Positions 56,533-64,000 of a stretch of 64,000 bases of DNA are shown in pieces. The notes under the pieces were generated by a model. The model had not been told where the DNA came from, searched no databases, and saw only the letters and a program-made list of their open reading frames with translations. Numbering within the stretch: position 1 is the stretch's first letter; each line of letters begins with the position of its first letter. This stretch comes from Minisyncoccota bacterium (GTDB lineage Bacteria > Patescibacteriota > Minisyncoccia > Phycocordibacterales > Phycocordibacteraceae): contig JBAYHD010000001.1 of assembly GCA_041666305.1 (NCBI GenBank), forward strand, positions 91,574 to 155,573, written 5' to 3'. Made by a program: the position numbers and the translations under genes.

Positions 56533-56609
56533 GGTGGTCGTAGCTCAATTGGTAGAGCATCTGCTTGTGGAGCAGAAGGTTGTGGGATCGTGACCCATCG
56601 ACCACCCCA
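56533..56609 (+). tRNA. tRNA-His (anticodon GTG) with encoded G-1 and 3' CCA
   Basis: extra 5' G pairing with discriminator C; anticodon loop TTGTGGA; CCA at 56607..56609. Confidence 0.85.
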
Positions 56610-56642
56610 GCGATTTAAATTCACGCGTGATATTATTCGCGC

Positions 56643-57287
56643 ATGAAAAGCCTTCTTCTGGGTATTTTAGCCATCATTATCATAGGCATCGGCGGTTTGG
56701 TGTACCGAAATGCCGTTGAGCACCCGCTTCAGCCAATCACATGCCCGCTTGATGCAATGGTCTGTCCGGACGGCACGTCGGTCTCGCGTACTGGTACTTC
56801 TTGCACGTTCCCCGCGTGCCCGGCGCCAAATGTATCGCTCACCGATGTGGGTATCGCGTTTGCGATACCCACCGGTTTCGTTGTTGCGCAGATCCCCGAT
56901 GCCGCAAGTATTGCCGCCTATGAAATGCCGACCGCTTCCACCACCGAGAATAACAGCATTGTCATTCGCCGTTTTCCGATTACCGCATCTTCCACCGCGC
57001 TCGCGACCATACAACAAACGGCCATCAGCGGTACCTCGGGCGCTCCGGTAAGCGTCACCTCGTTCACTTCCAAAGTTCTCGGGAATCATCGCTTTACCGT
57101 TGTATCAATAGAGCGGTTCGAGGGTGTGATAGACACGGCATATTATCTCGCGCGCGGAACCAATGTGCTGCGTTTTGATGCGATAGATAGAGGCACCGAC
57201 TGGACCAATCCGAACCTCGACGTCTCGGCACTTCCGGCACATTCGGCACTGGCGAAATTGCTCACAACCCTGCAAGGAGGGAGTTGA
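56643..57287 (+). CDS. membrane-anchored hypothetical protein
   Basis: N-terminal TM LLLGILAIIIIGIGGLV; Cys-containing extracellular domain. Confidence 0.45.
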   Translation: MKSLLLGILAIIIIGIGGLVYRNAVEHPLQPITCPLDAMVCPDGTSVSRTGTSCTFPACPAPNVSLTDVGIAFAIPTGFVVAQIPDAASIAAYEMPTASTTENNSIVIRRFPITASSTALATIQQTAISGTSGAPVSVTSFTSKVLGNHRFTVVSIERFEGVIDTAYYLARGTNVLRFDAIDRGTDWTNPNLDVSALPAHSALAKLLTTLQGGS

Positions 57288-57331
57288 ACAAAAGAGTATA
57301 CTGTTAGTACTACTACATAATCAATTTCACA

Positions 57332-58132
57332 ATGAATAATCCTTTTTCGGAGATTTTTGAGAACGGCGGCGTACGCCTCGCTCTTATCGGCACGCTTTGC
57401 ATTCTCGCGTTATTCCTTCTCGCAGAGACCATAACCATTGCGGCAAACTTCGGGCGGCCGGGCGTACCGGCAACCGACACCGTCACGGTGCAGGGTACCG
57501 GCCAAGCCACACTTCCACCTGACGTCGCGCGCGTTTCTTTCACCGTGCAGAATACGGCGGCAGCAGTGGCTGATGCACAAGCGGCAACGACGAAACAGGC
57601 GAATGCCGCGATAGACTTTGTGAAGAGCCAGGGCATTGCCGACAAAGATATAAAAACGCTCTCGTACAATATTTCCCCACAGTATTCCTATCCGAATCCC
57701 TGCCCGCGAGGAGCCCTTTGTCCGGATTACAGTAGTGCGCCGAAGATAACCGGCTACCAAGTGTCGGAGACGGTACAAGTGACCCTTCATGACCTCACGA
57801 TAGTCGGCGCGATGCTTGGGGGACTTGGCAAGCAGGGTGTACAGAACTTGAACGGCCCGGACTTCGCACTCGATGATCCAACGGCCGGCTATGATGCCGC
57901 GCGCGCGGATGCCATCGCAAAGGCAAAAGCGCAAGCAGAACTCCTTGAGAAACAGCTCGGTGTTCACTTCGGAAAGATAGTGAACTTCTCCGAGTCATCA
58001 GGCGGGTACTCTTATCCAATGATGGCCTACGGTTTGGGCGGCGGTGAATCGAAAGCGTCTGTCGCACCAAGTGTTCCAACAGGTGAAAACACCTATAACG
58101 CTTCCGTCTCCATCACCTACGAAGTTCGGTAG
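57332..58132 (+). CDS. SIMPL/DUF541 domain protein
   Basis: N-terminal TM then SIMPL-like repeats (TVTVQGTGQA..., ...SVSITYEV). Confidence 0.7.
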   Translation: MNNPFSEIFENGGVRLALIGTLCILALFLLAETITIAANFGRPGVPATDTVTVQGTGQATLPPDVARVSFTVQNTAAAVADAQAATTKQANAAIDFVKSQGIADKDIKTLSYNISPQYSYPNPCPRGALCPDYSSAPKITGYQVSETVQVTLHDLTIVGAMLGGLGKQGVQNLNGPDFALDDPTAGYDAARADAIAKAKAQAELLEKQLGVHFGKIVNFSESSGGYSYPMMAYGLGGGESKASVAPSVPTGENTYNASVSITYEVR

Positions 58133-58262
58133 AACTCACAAAAAGTCCCACCTGCTTCGTTGTAAACTCCGCTCCGCCCTCACCGTACCTCAAAGTACGG
58201 CTCGGCGCGGTGCTCGTTTACGCCTAGCATCTGAAGCTTTTTGTGGGTTCTACAACAGTCAC

Positions 58263-58323
58263 TTGACGCATTCCTGCCTCTTGGTATACTGCCATTGTTG
58301 AAAGCCCGCAGGGCTTTTTTATT
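58263..58323 (+). promoter_or_regulatory. sigma70-like promoter (TTGACG-16-TATACT) immediately followed by a hairpin terminator
   Basis: -35 at 58263..58268, -10 at 58285..58290; hairpin aagcccgcagggctt + tttttatt at 58302..58323. Confidence 0.35.
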
Positions 58324-58413
58324 TCCCAGCGAGTGAGCAAAAGGGAGATTCTTATCTGTCTTTTGCGAGCGAGCGCCGGAAACAAGTTTACTTATTTGCC
58401 GAATGCCACTTAC

Positions 58414-58599
58414 ATGACCTCACCATTCACCTATCTGAAGCATGTTCGCGAAGAGTTCACCCACATCGTCTGGCCGAGCAACCGGACGGCGCTCGCGCAT
58501 ACGCTCGTCGTCATTTTCATCGCGCTTAGTATCGCGCTTATGGTCGGCCTTCTTGATTATGTGTTCGGCCTCGCGGTGAGTTACTTCGCCGGCGTCTAA
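58414..58599 (+). CDS. secE: preprotein translocase subunit SecE
   Basis: 61 aa from MTSPFTYLKHVREEF...; single C-terminal TM; precedes nusG. Confidence 0.8.
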   Translation: MTSPFTYLKHVREEFTHIVWPSNRTALAHTLVVIFIALSIALMVGLLDYVFGLAVSYFAGV

Positions 58600-58609
58600 T
58601 TTCTTTTCT

Positions 58610-59248
58610 ATGGACGAACAACACATGCACAGCGGAGAAATGGATTTGCCGGAAGAGATCGGCATGGCCGACATTGCGCCTGCGGTACACAAAGAAATTC
58701 GCGACGAAGTAGCCCCTAAACCGGAAGATGCGCGCTGGTACACCATCCACACCTACGCCGGCTATGAGAACGCAGTTGAACGCAACTTGAAACAGCGCAT
58801 CGAATCACTCGGCATGGAAGGGAAGATCTTCGATGTCATCGTGCCGACCGAGAAGAAGATACGCGTGAAGGGCGGCAAGCGCATTGTGGAGGAAGAGAAG
58901 ATCTATCCGGGATACATTCTCGTGCGCATGATCGTGGACGATGATTCGTGGTTCGTTGTGCGCAATACGCCGCGTGTGACCGGGTTTGTGGGCGCCGGCA
59001 ACACGCCGGTCCCGATGGAGGAGTCCGAAGTCTCGTCCTTGATGAAGCGTATGACGGCGGAAGCGCCGAAGCATCGCATCGACCTCGTGAAGGACGACCC
59101 TATCGTCATCGCCGACGGTCCGTTCAAGGACCTTGAAGGCAAGGTGGGCGAGATAGATGAGGACCGCGGAAAGGTGAAGGTCATGGTCTCGATGTTCGGC
59201 CGCGAAACGCCGGTCGAGCTCGATTTCTTGCAGATACGTAAACTCTAG
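58610..59248 (+). CDS. nusG: transcription termination/antitermination factor NusG
   Basis: NGN domain (WYTIHTYAGYEN) and KOW motif (GPFKDLEGKV). Confidence 0.9.
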   Translation: MDEQHMHSGEMDLPEEIGMADIAPAVHKEIRDEVAPKPEDARWYTIHTYAGYENAVERNLKQRIESLGMEGKIFDVIVPTEKKIRVKGGKRIVEEEKIYPGYILVRMIVDDDSWFVVRNTPRVTGFVGAGNTPVPMEESEVSSLMKRMTAEAPKHRIDLVKDDPIVIADGPFKDLEGKVGEIDEDRGKVKVMVSMFGRETPVELDFLQIRKL

Positions 59249-59266
59249 CGTAAAGTCACATTCATT

Positions 59267-59686
59267 ATGGCAACCGTAGTAAAAAAGATAAAACTCCAGA
59301 TCCCGGGCGGGAAAGCTACGCCTGCGCCTCCAGTTGGCACTGCGCTCGGTCCCGCCGGCGTGAACATCGGTCAGTTCGTGACCCAATTCAATGCGGCAAC
59401 GCAGGATAAGCAGGGGACTATCATTCCTATCGAGCTTTCGGTCTACGACGACCGTTCGTTCACCTTCATCATGAAGAATCCGCCGGCATCGCGCCTTATT
59501 CTCAAGGCCGCTGGTCTTGAAAAGGGTTCGGGCAAGGCGAAGGAGACAAAGGTCGGCACCATCACGAAGCAACAGATCGCAGACATCGTCGCGGAAAAAA
59601 TGCCGGATATGAACGCAAGTTCAGCTGAAGCGGCAGGCCGTACTATTGCAGGCACCGCGCGCTCGATGGGCATCGACGTGAAGTAG
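59267..59686 (+). CDS. rplK: 50S ribosomal protein L11
   Basis: [26 protein letters not shown] highly conserved L11 N-domain. Confidence 0.9.
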   Translation: MATVVKKIKLQIPGGKATPAPPVGTALGPAGVNIGQFVTQFNAATQDKQGTIIPIELSVYDDRSFTFIMKNPPASRLILKAAGLEKGSGKAKETKVGTITKQQIADIVAEKMPDMNASSAEAAGRTIAGTARSMGIDVK

Positions 59687-59699
59687 TTTTTTACAATGC

Positions 59700-59740
59700 A
59701 AACCGACGCGATGGCTCTGCCATCGCGTCGGTTTGCTTTT
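59700..59740 (+). terminator. rho-independent terminator after rplK
   Basis: aaccgacgcgatgg-ctctg-ccatcgcgtcggtt + tgctttt. Confidence 0.65.
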
Positions 59741-59811
59741 GGGCTTCTTCGCGCGTACAGTGCGCTCGGAAAGGTATTTGTCTACAACCGCAACTTCTTC
59801 TGGAGGACGTC

Positions 59812-60726
59812 ATGAAAGAGATAGTGTTGGGCAAGTGGGATAACAACCCGAATGAAGCTGAATACCTGAATGCACTGCGCGACACTTTCATGTGCGGCGA
59901 CGTAAGGAAAACTCGAAATGGCTATACACGAGCGATATACGCTCGGCAGGTGCGTTTCAAGATGGCGAGGAGTTTCCCAGCGCCTTCCACGAAACAACTT
60001 GCTTTTAATTCGATGTTGGCAGAACTTGTATGGTTCATCGACGCAGGCAAAGATTCACCCGTTCCGTATCGACTATCCATAGGCCGGCTCAATCGGTTGA
60101 TGGGGCTTGCTGAGGATGCATATAACCCTCTGTGGTCTCACGACCAACAAAGATTCGCCGCCGCCGGCAAGGCTCAGTTTCCAGGCGATTGCGGTGTGAT
60201 CTACGGTTCACAGTGGCGCAATTACAACGGAGAAGGTAAGGACCAACTGGCAGAAGTGATAGCGGCGCTCAAGAAAGATCCGTTCAGCCGCTACCACGTC
60301 ATTACTTCGTGGAATCCGCTAAAGATAGGTGATATGTGCTTACCGCCATGCCATATGAAGATGCAGTTCTTCGTTCGGCACTCACGCCGGAGGGACGGGA
60401 AACTGTACCTCTGCATCGCGATGGACCAACGGTCGTGTGATATGTTCCTCGGCGTGCCGTTCAATATCGCGTCGTATGCCTTGCTTCTGCATATGGTCGC
60501 GCAGTGCGTCGATATGATTCCAGATGAGCTCATCATTACGCTGAACGATTGTCACATTTACAGCGCACACCTAAAGCCGGTGCAGACACAAATTGCACGA
60601 GATACGTACACGGCTCCAGAACTGTGGCTTAATTCGGCGATAACGCGCATTGAGGACTTCGGAATGAATGATGCCTTGCTGATGAAGTATAAGCACCAGG
60701 GACGCATCAAAGCAAAATTGCTGTGA
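59812..60726 (+). CDS. divergent thymidylate synthase (ThyA)-family paralog
   Basis: active-site [18 protein letters not shown], DxHIY retained but folate-contact region (IWDEW) replaced by PLWSHDQQ with an insertion; N-terminal extension; RBS ggagga. Confidence 0.7.
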   Translation: MKEIVLGKWDNNPNEAEYLNALRDTFMCGDVRKTRNGYTRAIYARQVRFKMARSFPAPSTKQLAFNSMLAELVWFIDAGKDSPVPYRLSIGRLNRLMGLAEDAYNPLWSHDQQRFAAAGKAQFPGDCGVIYGSQWRNYNGEGKDQLAEVIAALKKDPFSRYHVITSWNPLKIGDMCLPPCHMKMQFFVRHSRRRDGKLYLCIAMDQRSCDMFLGVPFNIASYALLLHMVAQCVDMIPDELIITLNDCHIYSAHLKPVQTQIARDTYTAPELWLNSAITRIEDFGMNDALLMKYKHQGRIKAKLL

Positions 60727-60776
60727 ATTCATCAGCAAGCAACACACTCGCGACGGTTTTGGCCGTCGCTTTCTTT

Positions 60777-61304
60777 TTATTTACGCTTGAGAATTTGGAG
60801 GCGGTGTAGCGGTTCGCCTGCGCCAGATCCATCTGAAACGATTTTGAAATTCTGTTCGTATGACGGGAAAAATGTATCGGCGCCAGCTTCGTCGTCGACG
60901 AGTGTGAGATACAAACGATTCGCATAGGGAAGCGCAGCGGCGTAGAGCTCACCGCCGCCGATAACGAACGTTTCGTTCGAGCCCGGAGCTCCTTCCGCAG
61001 ACAGGAAGGCGTCTGATAGTCCGTCAACGACCGTCGCACCCGACGCTTCATATCCAACTTGCCGCGTCACAACGATGTTCGTGCGTCCCGGAAGTGGTCG
61101 GAACTTCTCTGGCAGGGACTCCCACGTTTTCCGGCCCATGATGACCGGATGCCCCGCGGTGAGTTCTTTGAATCGCCGCATATCGTCCGGCAGATGCCAC
61201 AAAAGCTTCCCCTCGAAGCCAAGTTCTCTTTTCTTTCCGATAGCGGCAATGAGCGAAATGCGCCCCGAACTATATTCCGTGTCAATATCTGTACCTTTTG
61301 GCAT
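60777..61304 (-). CDS. folA: dihydrofolate reductase
   Basis: ISLIAAIG...LLWHLPDDMRRFKELT...VIMGRKTWESLP classical DHFR motifs. Confidence 0.85.
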   Translation of the reverse strand: MPKGTDIDTEYSSGRISLIAAIGKKRELGFEGKLLWHLPDDMRRFKELTAGHPVIMGRKTWESLPEKFRPLPGRTNIVVTRQVGYEASGATVVDGLSDAFLSAEGAPGSNETFVIGGGELYAAALPYANRLYLTLVDDEAGADTFFPSYEQNFKIVSDGSGAGEPLHRLQILKRK

Positions 61305-61322
61305 TTCCCGTATACTAGCAGG

Positions 61323-61886
61323 ATGTCAGTTATCGGCATCCACGAAGTCGTTCGAAGAATAAAAGAGGACGATCTCATTACCGGTCTCGCCGGCCGCGAT
61401 CTTTCAAATCCGGAAGGTACCGGTATCGATCTCCGGCTCGGCGCCGTACACGAGATCAGCGAGGGCGGTGCGTACATTGAAGCCGACGGTCCCGCCGGTC
61501 TTGGAAAAAGAAATGGAGTAAAGACAAAAGAACTCTATCGCCTCAAAGAAGGCGAGGTGCAGGACGAACTCATCATTAAACCCGGCGAATACTATCTTGT
61601 GCAGACGGCTGAAACGGTGCACACGCCGCTTGATCTTATGCCGATGGTGTATCCGAGAAGCTCTCTCTTCCGTGCAGGGCTTCTCCTGCTCGCGACAAAG
61701 ACCGATCCCGGGTACGAAGGCCAGCTCACGTTCGGTCTTACAAATTTGAGTTCCTTTCCCGTGAAGCTCCAGCTTGGCGCACGCATCTGCAACATCGTAT
61801 TTCACAAGATAGAAGGTGATGTCATCGGGTACCGCGGACAGCATCAGGGCGGTCGCGTCTCGCATGGTGAGGAAACGCAAGTATAA
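61323..61886 (+). CDS. Dcd/dUTPase-superfamily protein lacking the deaminase catalytic Glu (probable Dcd-like dUTPase)
   Basis: Dcd-like N-terminus (GIDLRLG, PRSSLFRAG) but the position of catalytic Glu (VLEF/TFEL) reads TFGL; dUTPase-like motif III TDPGYEGQL and C-terminal YRGQHQGGRVSHG. Confidence 0.6.
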   Translation: MSVIGIHEVVRRIKEDDLITGLAGRDLSNPEGTGIDLRLGAVHEISEGGAYIEADGPAGLGKRNGVKTKELYRLKEGEVQDELIIKPGEYYLVQTAETVHTPLDLMPMVYPRSSLFRAGLLLLATKTDPGYEGQLTFGLTNLSSFPVKLQLGARICNIVFHKIEGDVIGYRGQHQGGRVSHGEETQV

Positions 61887-61888
61887 CT

Positions 61889-62485
61889 ATGTTCCTCTCC
61901 GACGTAGACATTAAAAAGGGAATAAAGGATGGAAGCATCGTTGTTCGTCCTTTTGATCTGAAAAAACTGCAGCCGGTGAGTTACGATGTTACGCTTGGAA
62001 ATGAATTTGAAGTGAACAATCGTCACGCGACGACTGCCATCGATCCGGTGAAAAAAATCTATCCGGAAACCCGCACAGTAAAAGTGAAAGATGGCGAAGC
62101 ATTTATTCTACACCCCGGTGAAAGCGTTCTCGGGAAACAACGCGAATTCATTGGCGTTGACCGAAATCATCTCATTATCCTTTCGGGGAAATCATCGCTG
62201 GCGCGCATCGGGCTTGTGGTGCACAACACCGCCATGCTGTTCAACCCATGCCACTATTTCTATCCGACATTCGAGCTCGTCAATACGAACAACGTTCCGA
62301 TAGTACTTCGACCCGGTATGACGATTGCACAGTTGCTGTTCGCACGGCTCACGAGCCCGGCGGGACGGACGTATAAACAAACGGGGCGGTACGGCGCGAA
62401 GAATTCAAATCATTTCGCCGAAGAAAGAGAGGTCATCGTGAAAAAGAAAACAGTGAAGAAGCGTGCGACGAAGAAAAAGAAATAA
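61889..62485 (+). CDS. dcd: dCTP deaminase
   Basis: GKSSLARIGL and TFELVN (catalytic Glu) motifs; Lys-rich C-terminal tail. Confidence 0.8.
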   Translation: MFLSDVDIKKGIKDGSIVVRPFDLKKLQPVSYDVTLGNEFEVNNRHATTAIDPVKKIYPETRTVKVKDGEAFILHPGESVLGKQREFIGVDRNHLIILSGKSSLARIGLVVHNTAMLFNPCHYFYPTFELVNTNNVPIVLRPGMTIAQLLFARLTSPAGRTYKQTGRYGAKNSNHFAEEREVIVKKKTVKKRATKKKK

Positions 62486-62495
62486 TCATTTTTGT

Positions 62496-63530
62496 ATGAA
62501 AAAACGCCACCCTGAATATCAGTACCTGGATCTGTTGAAAGACATCATGAAAAACGGGAGTGATAAGGAAGTGTTTTTTACTCCGGAAGTTCGGGCGCAG
62601 TACGCCGTCAAAGGGCAGAAACCGCCTTTTATCCGCAGCGTATTCGGACGACAGATACGTTTTGACCTGAAGGACGGGTTTCCGCTCATCACCACGAAGA
62701 AGACCTTTTTGCGGGGCATTATCGTCGAACTCCTTTGGTTCCTTCGCGGCGATTCAAATATAAAATATCTCGTTGATAATAATGTGCACATCTGGGATGA
62801 GTGGGCGTGGAAGAAATACAACAAACACTGTTTGAAAAATAAGATCCCCACCATGAGCCAGGAGGATTTCATCGCAAAGCTGAAGAAAGAACCTGCGAAG
62901 AGCGCTTTCGTAAAAAAATGGGGGGACATCATCACCGTGTATGGCAGAATGTGGCGCCGTTGGCCTGCGAGCAACGGAAGAGAGATCGATCAACTGGCCT
63001 GGGTCATTGAAGGCTTGAAAGAAGCGCCGTTCCGGAAATCATATGTCGTTTCGGCATGGAATCCGGACTTCATTTACGAAATGGCGTCCGAGAAAAATAA
63101 AAATGAAGTGCCGCCGTTCTGCCACACAACATTCCAGTTTGCCGTAACAGAAGGGAACAAACTTAATCTCGGCATGTATCAGCGAAGCGGGGACGTCTTC
63201 CTTGGCGTACCGTTCAATATCGCCAGCTACGCGCTCTTGCTGCAGATGGTCGCGCAAGTGACCGGGTTGCGAGCAGGGGAGTTCGTACATTCATTTGGCG
63301 ACGTACACGCGTATTCGAATCATTTCGATCAAGTGAAAGAACAGATGGGACGGAAACCATTCCCGTTCCCGAAGATGAAGCTCAACAAGAAAAGAAAGAA
63401 AATTGATGACTTCGTGTTCGAAGACTTCACCCTCGAAGGGTATGAATCGTATCCGCCGCTCAAGGCGGAGATAGCGAATATTGGAGGATTTACCGAAAAG
63501 AAAGGCCGTAAGGTTGTAAAGAAAAAATAA
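62496..63530 (+). CDS. thyA: thymidylate synthase (with internal insertion and Lys-rich C-tail)
   Basis: [58 protein letters not shown] canonical motifs. Confidence 0.85.
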   Translation: MKKRHPEYQYLDLLKDIMKNGSDKEVFFTPEVRAQYAVKGQKPPFIRSVFGRQIRFDLKDGFPLITTKKTFLRGIIVELLWFLRGDSNIKYLVDNNVHIWDEWAWKKYNKHCLKNKIPTMSQEDFIAKLKKEPAKSAFVKKWGDIITVYGRMWRRWPASNGREIDQLAWVIEGLKEAPFRKSYVVSAWNPDFIYEMASEKNKNEVPPFCHTTFQFAVTEGNKLNLGMYQRSGDVFLGVPFNIASYALLLQMVAQVTGLRAGEFVHSFGDVHAYSNHFDQVKEQMGRKPFPFPKMKLNKKRKKIDDFVFEDFTLEGYESYPPLKAEIANIGGFTEKKGRKVVKKK

Positions 63531-63531
63531 C

Positions 63532-64000
63532 ATGTACCCATTCATTAAAAAACAGGACCCCAAGATCGAAGCGATACTGCGCGGGGAAGAGAAGCGACAG
63601 GCAGAGGGGTTGGAACTGATACCGAGTGAGAACTATGTCTCGCGCGCGGTGAAAGAAGCGATGGCGTCATCACTTACGAATAAGTATTCGGAAGGGTATC
63701 CAGGCAAGCGCTATTACGGCGGACAGGAATTTACCGATCAAGTGGAGACGCTCGCCATCGAGCGCGCAAAGAAGCTGTTTAAGGCGAAGTATACGAATGT
63801 GCAGCCTTTGGGCGGCGCGAACGCGAACATCGCGATGTATTTCGCCTTGCTCCAGCCGGGCGATACCGTGCTCGGCATGGACCTCTCGCACGGCGGGCAC
63901 CTCACGCACGGCCATCCGGTGACCTACCTCACCAAGATATTCAATTTCATACGGTACAAGATGAAGGACGTGGAGACCGGCGAAATTGATTACGAAGAAA
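63532..64000 (+). CDS. glyA: serine hydroxymethyltransferase (5' part; runs off the window)
   Basis: [27 protein letters not shown] conserved SHMT N-terminus. Confidence 0.85.
   Translation, partial: MYPFIKKQDPKIEAILRGEEKRQAEGLELIPSENYVSRAVKEAMASSLTNKYSEGYPGKRYYGGQEFTDQVETLAIERAKKLFKAKYTNVQPLGGANANIAMYFALLQPGDTVLGMDLSHGGHLTHGHPVTYLTKIFNFIRYKMKDVETGEIDYEE

Noticed and set aside
1-64000. CRISPR arrays
   Set aside because: No series of regularly spaced direct repeats with unique spacers was found. The repeats present are palindromic intergenic elements or tRNA-end duplications.

Overview
This 64-kb window is a high-GC (~57-60%) chromosomal segment with gene content typical of a Candidate Phyla Radiation / Patescibacteria (Parcubacteria-like) bacterium. 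The affiliation is an inference from gene content only.

It contains the replication-origin neighbourhood (rpmH-rnpA-yidC divergent from dnaA-dnaN) and many housekeeping genes: clpP, ppa, nusA, tpiA-pgk, recJ, rnhA, sodA, rpmB, ruvABC, polA, rpsT, uppS, rplS, secE-nusG-rplK and a class A PBP.

Surface and secretion machinery:
- Type IV pilus locus 1: pilB-pilC-two prepilins-PilX-like, plus a second GspE/PilB-type ATPase (34508..36178).
- Type IV pilus locus 2: pilM-pilN-pilO plus a small membrane protein.
- A Gram-positive-style type IV secretion / conjugation-like module: PrgI-family protein, a VirB4 ATPase split into two frames, a polytopic membrane protein, a secreted protein, a VirB2/TrbC-like pilin with a Cys-rich tail, and a TolB-like anchored protein.

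Other features:
- Ten tRNA genes, including a tightly packed Arg-Leu-Val triplet and tRNA-His with encoded G-1 and CCA.
- A thymidylate cluster (divergent ThyA paralog, folA, Dcd/Dut-like, dcd, thyA, glyA).

Most notable observations:
- Three AT-rich LAGLIDADG homing-endonuclease genes, each abutting a tRNA gene within 1-11 nt.
- A duplicated tRNA-Leu 3'-end with three hairpins, which looks like an integration footprint.
- A family of about 60-80-nt palindromic intergenic repeats placed immediately 5' of four genes.
- An AT-rich orphan ORF island.
- A second, divergent thymidylate-synthase-family paralog, and a Dcd-like protein lacking the deaminase catalytic Glu.
- rplK followed by a terminator with no rplA.

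No CRISPR array was seen.
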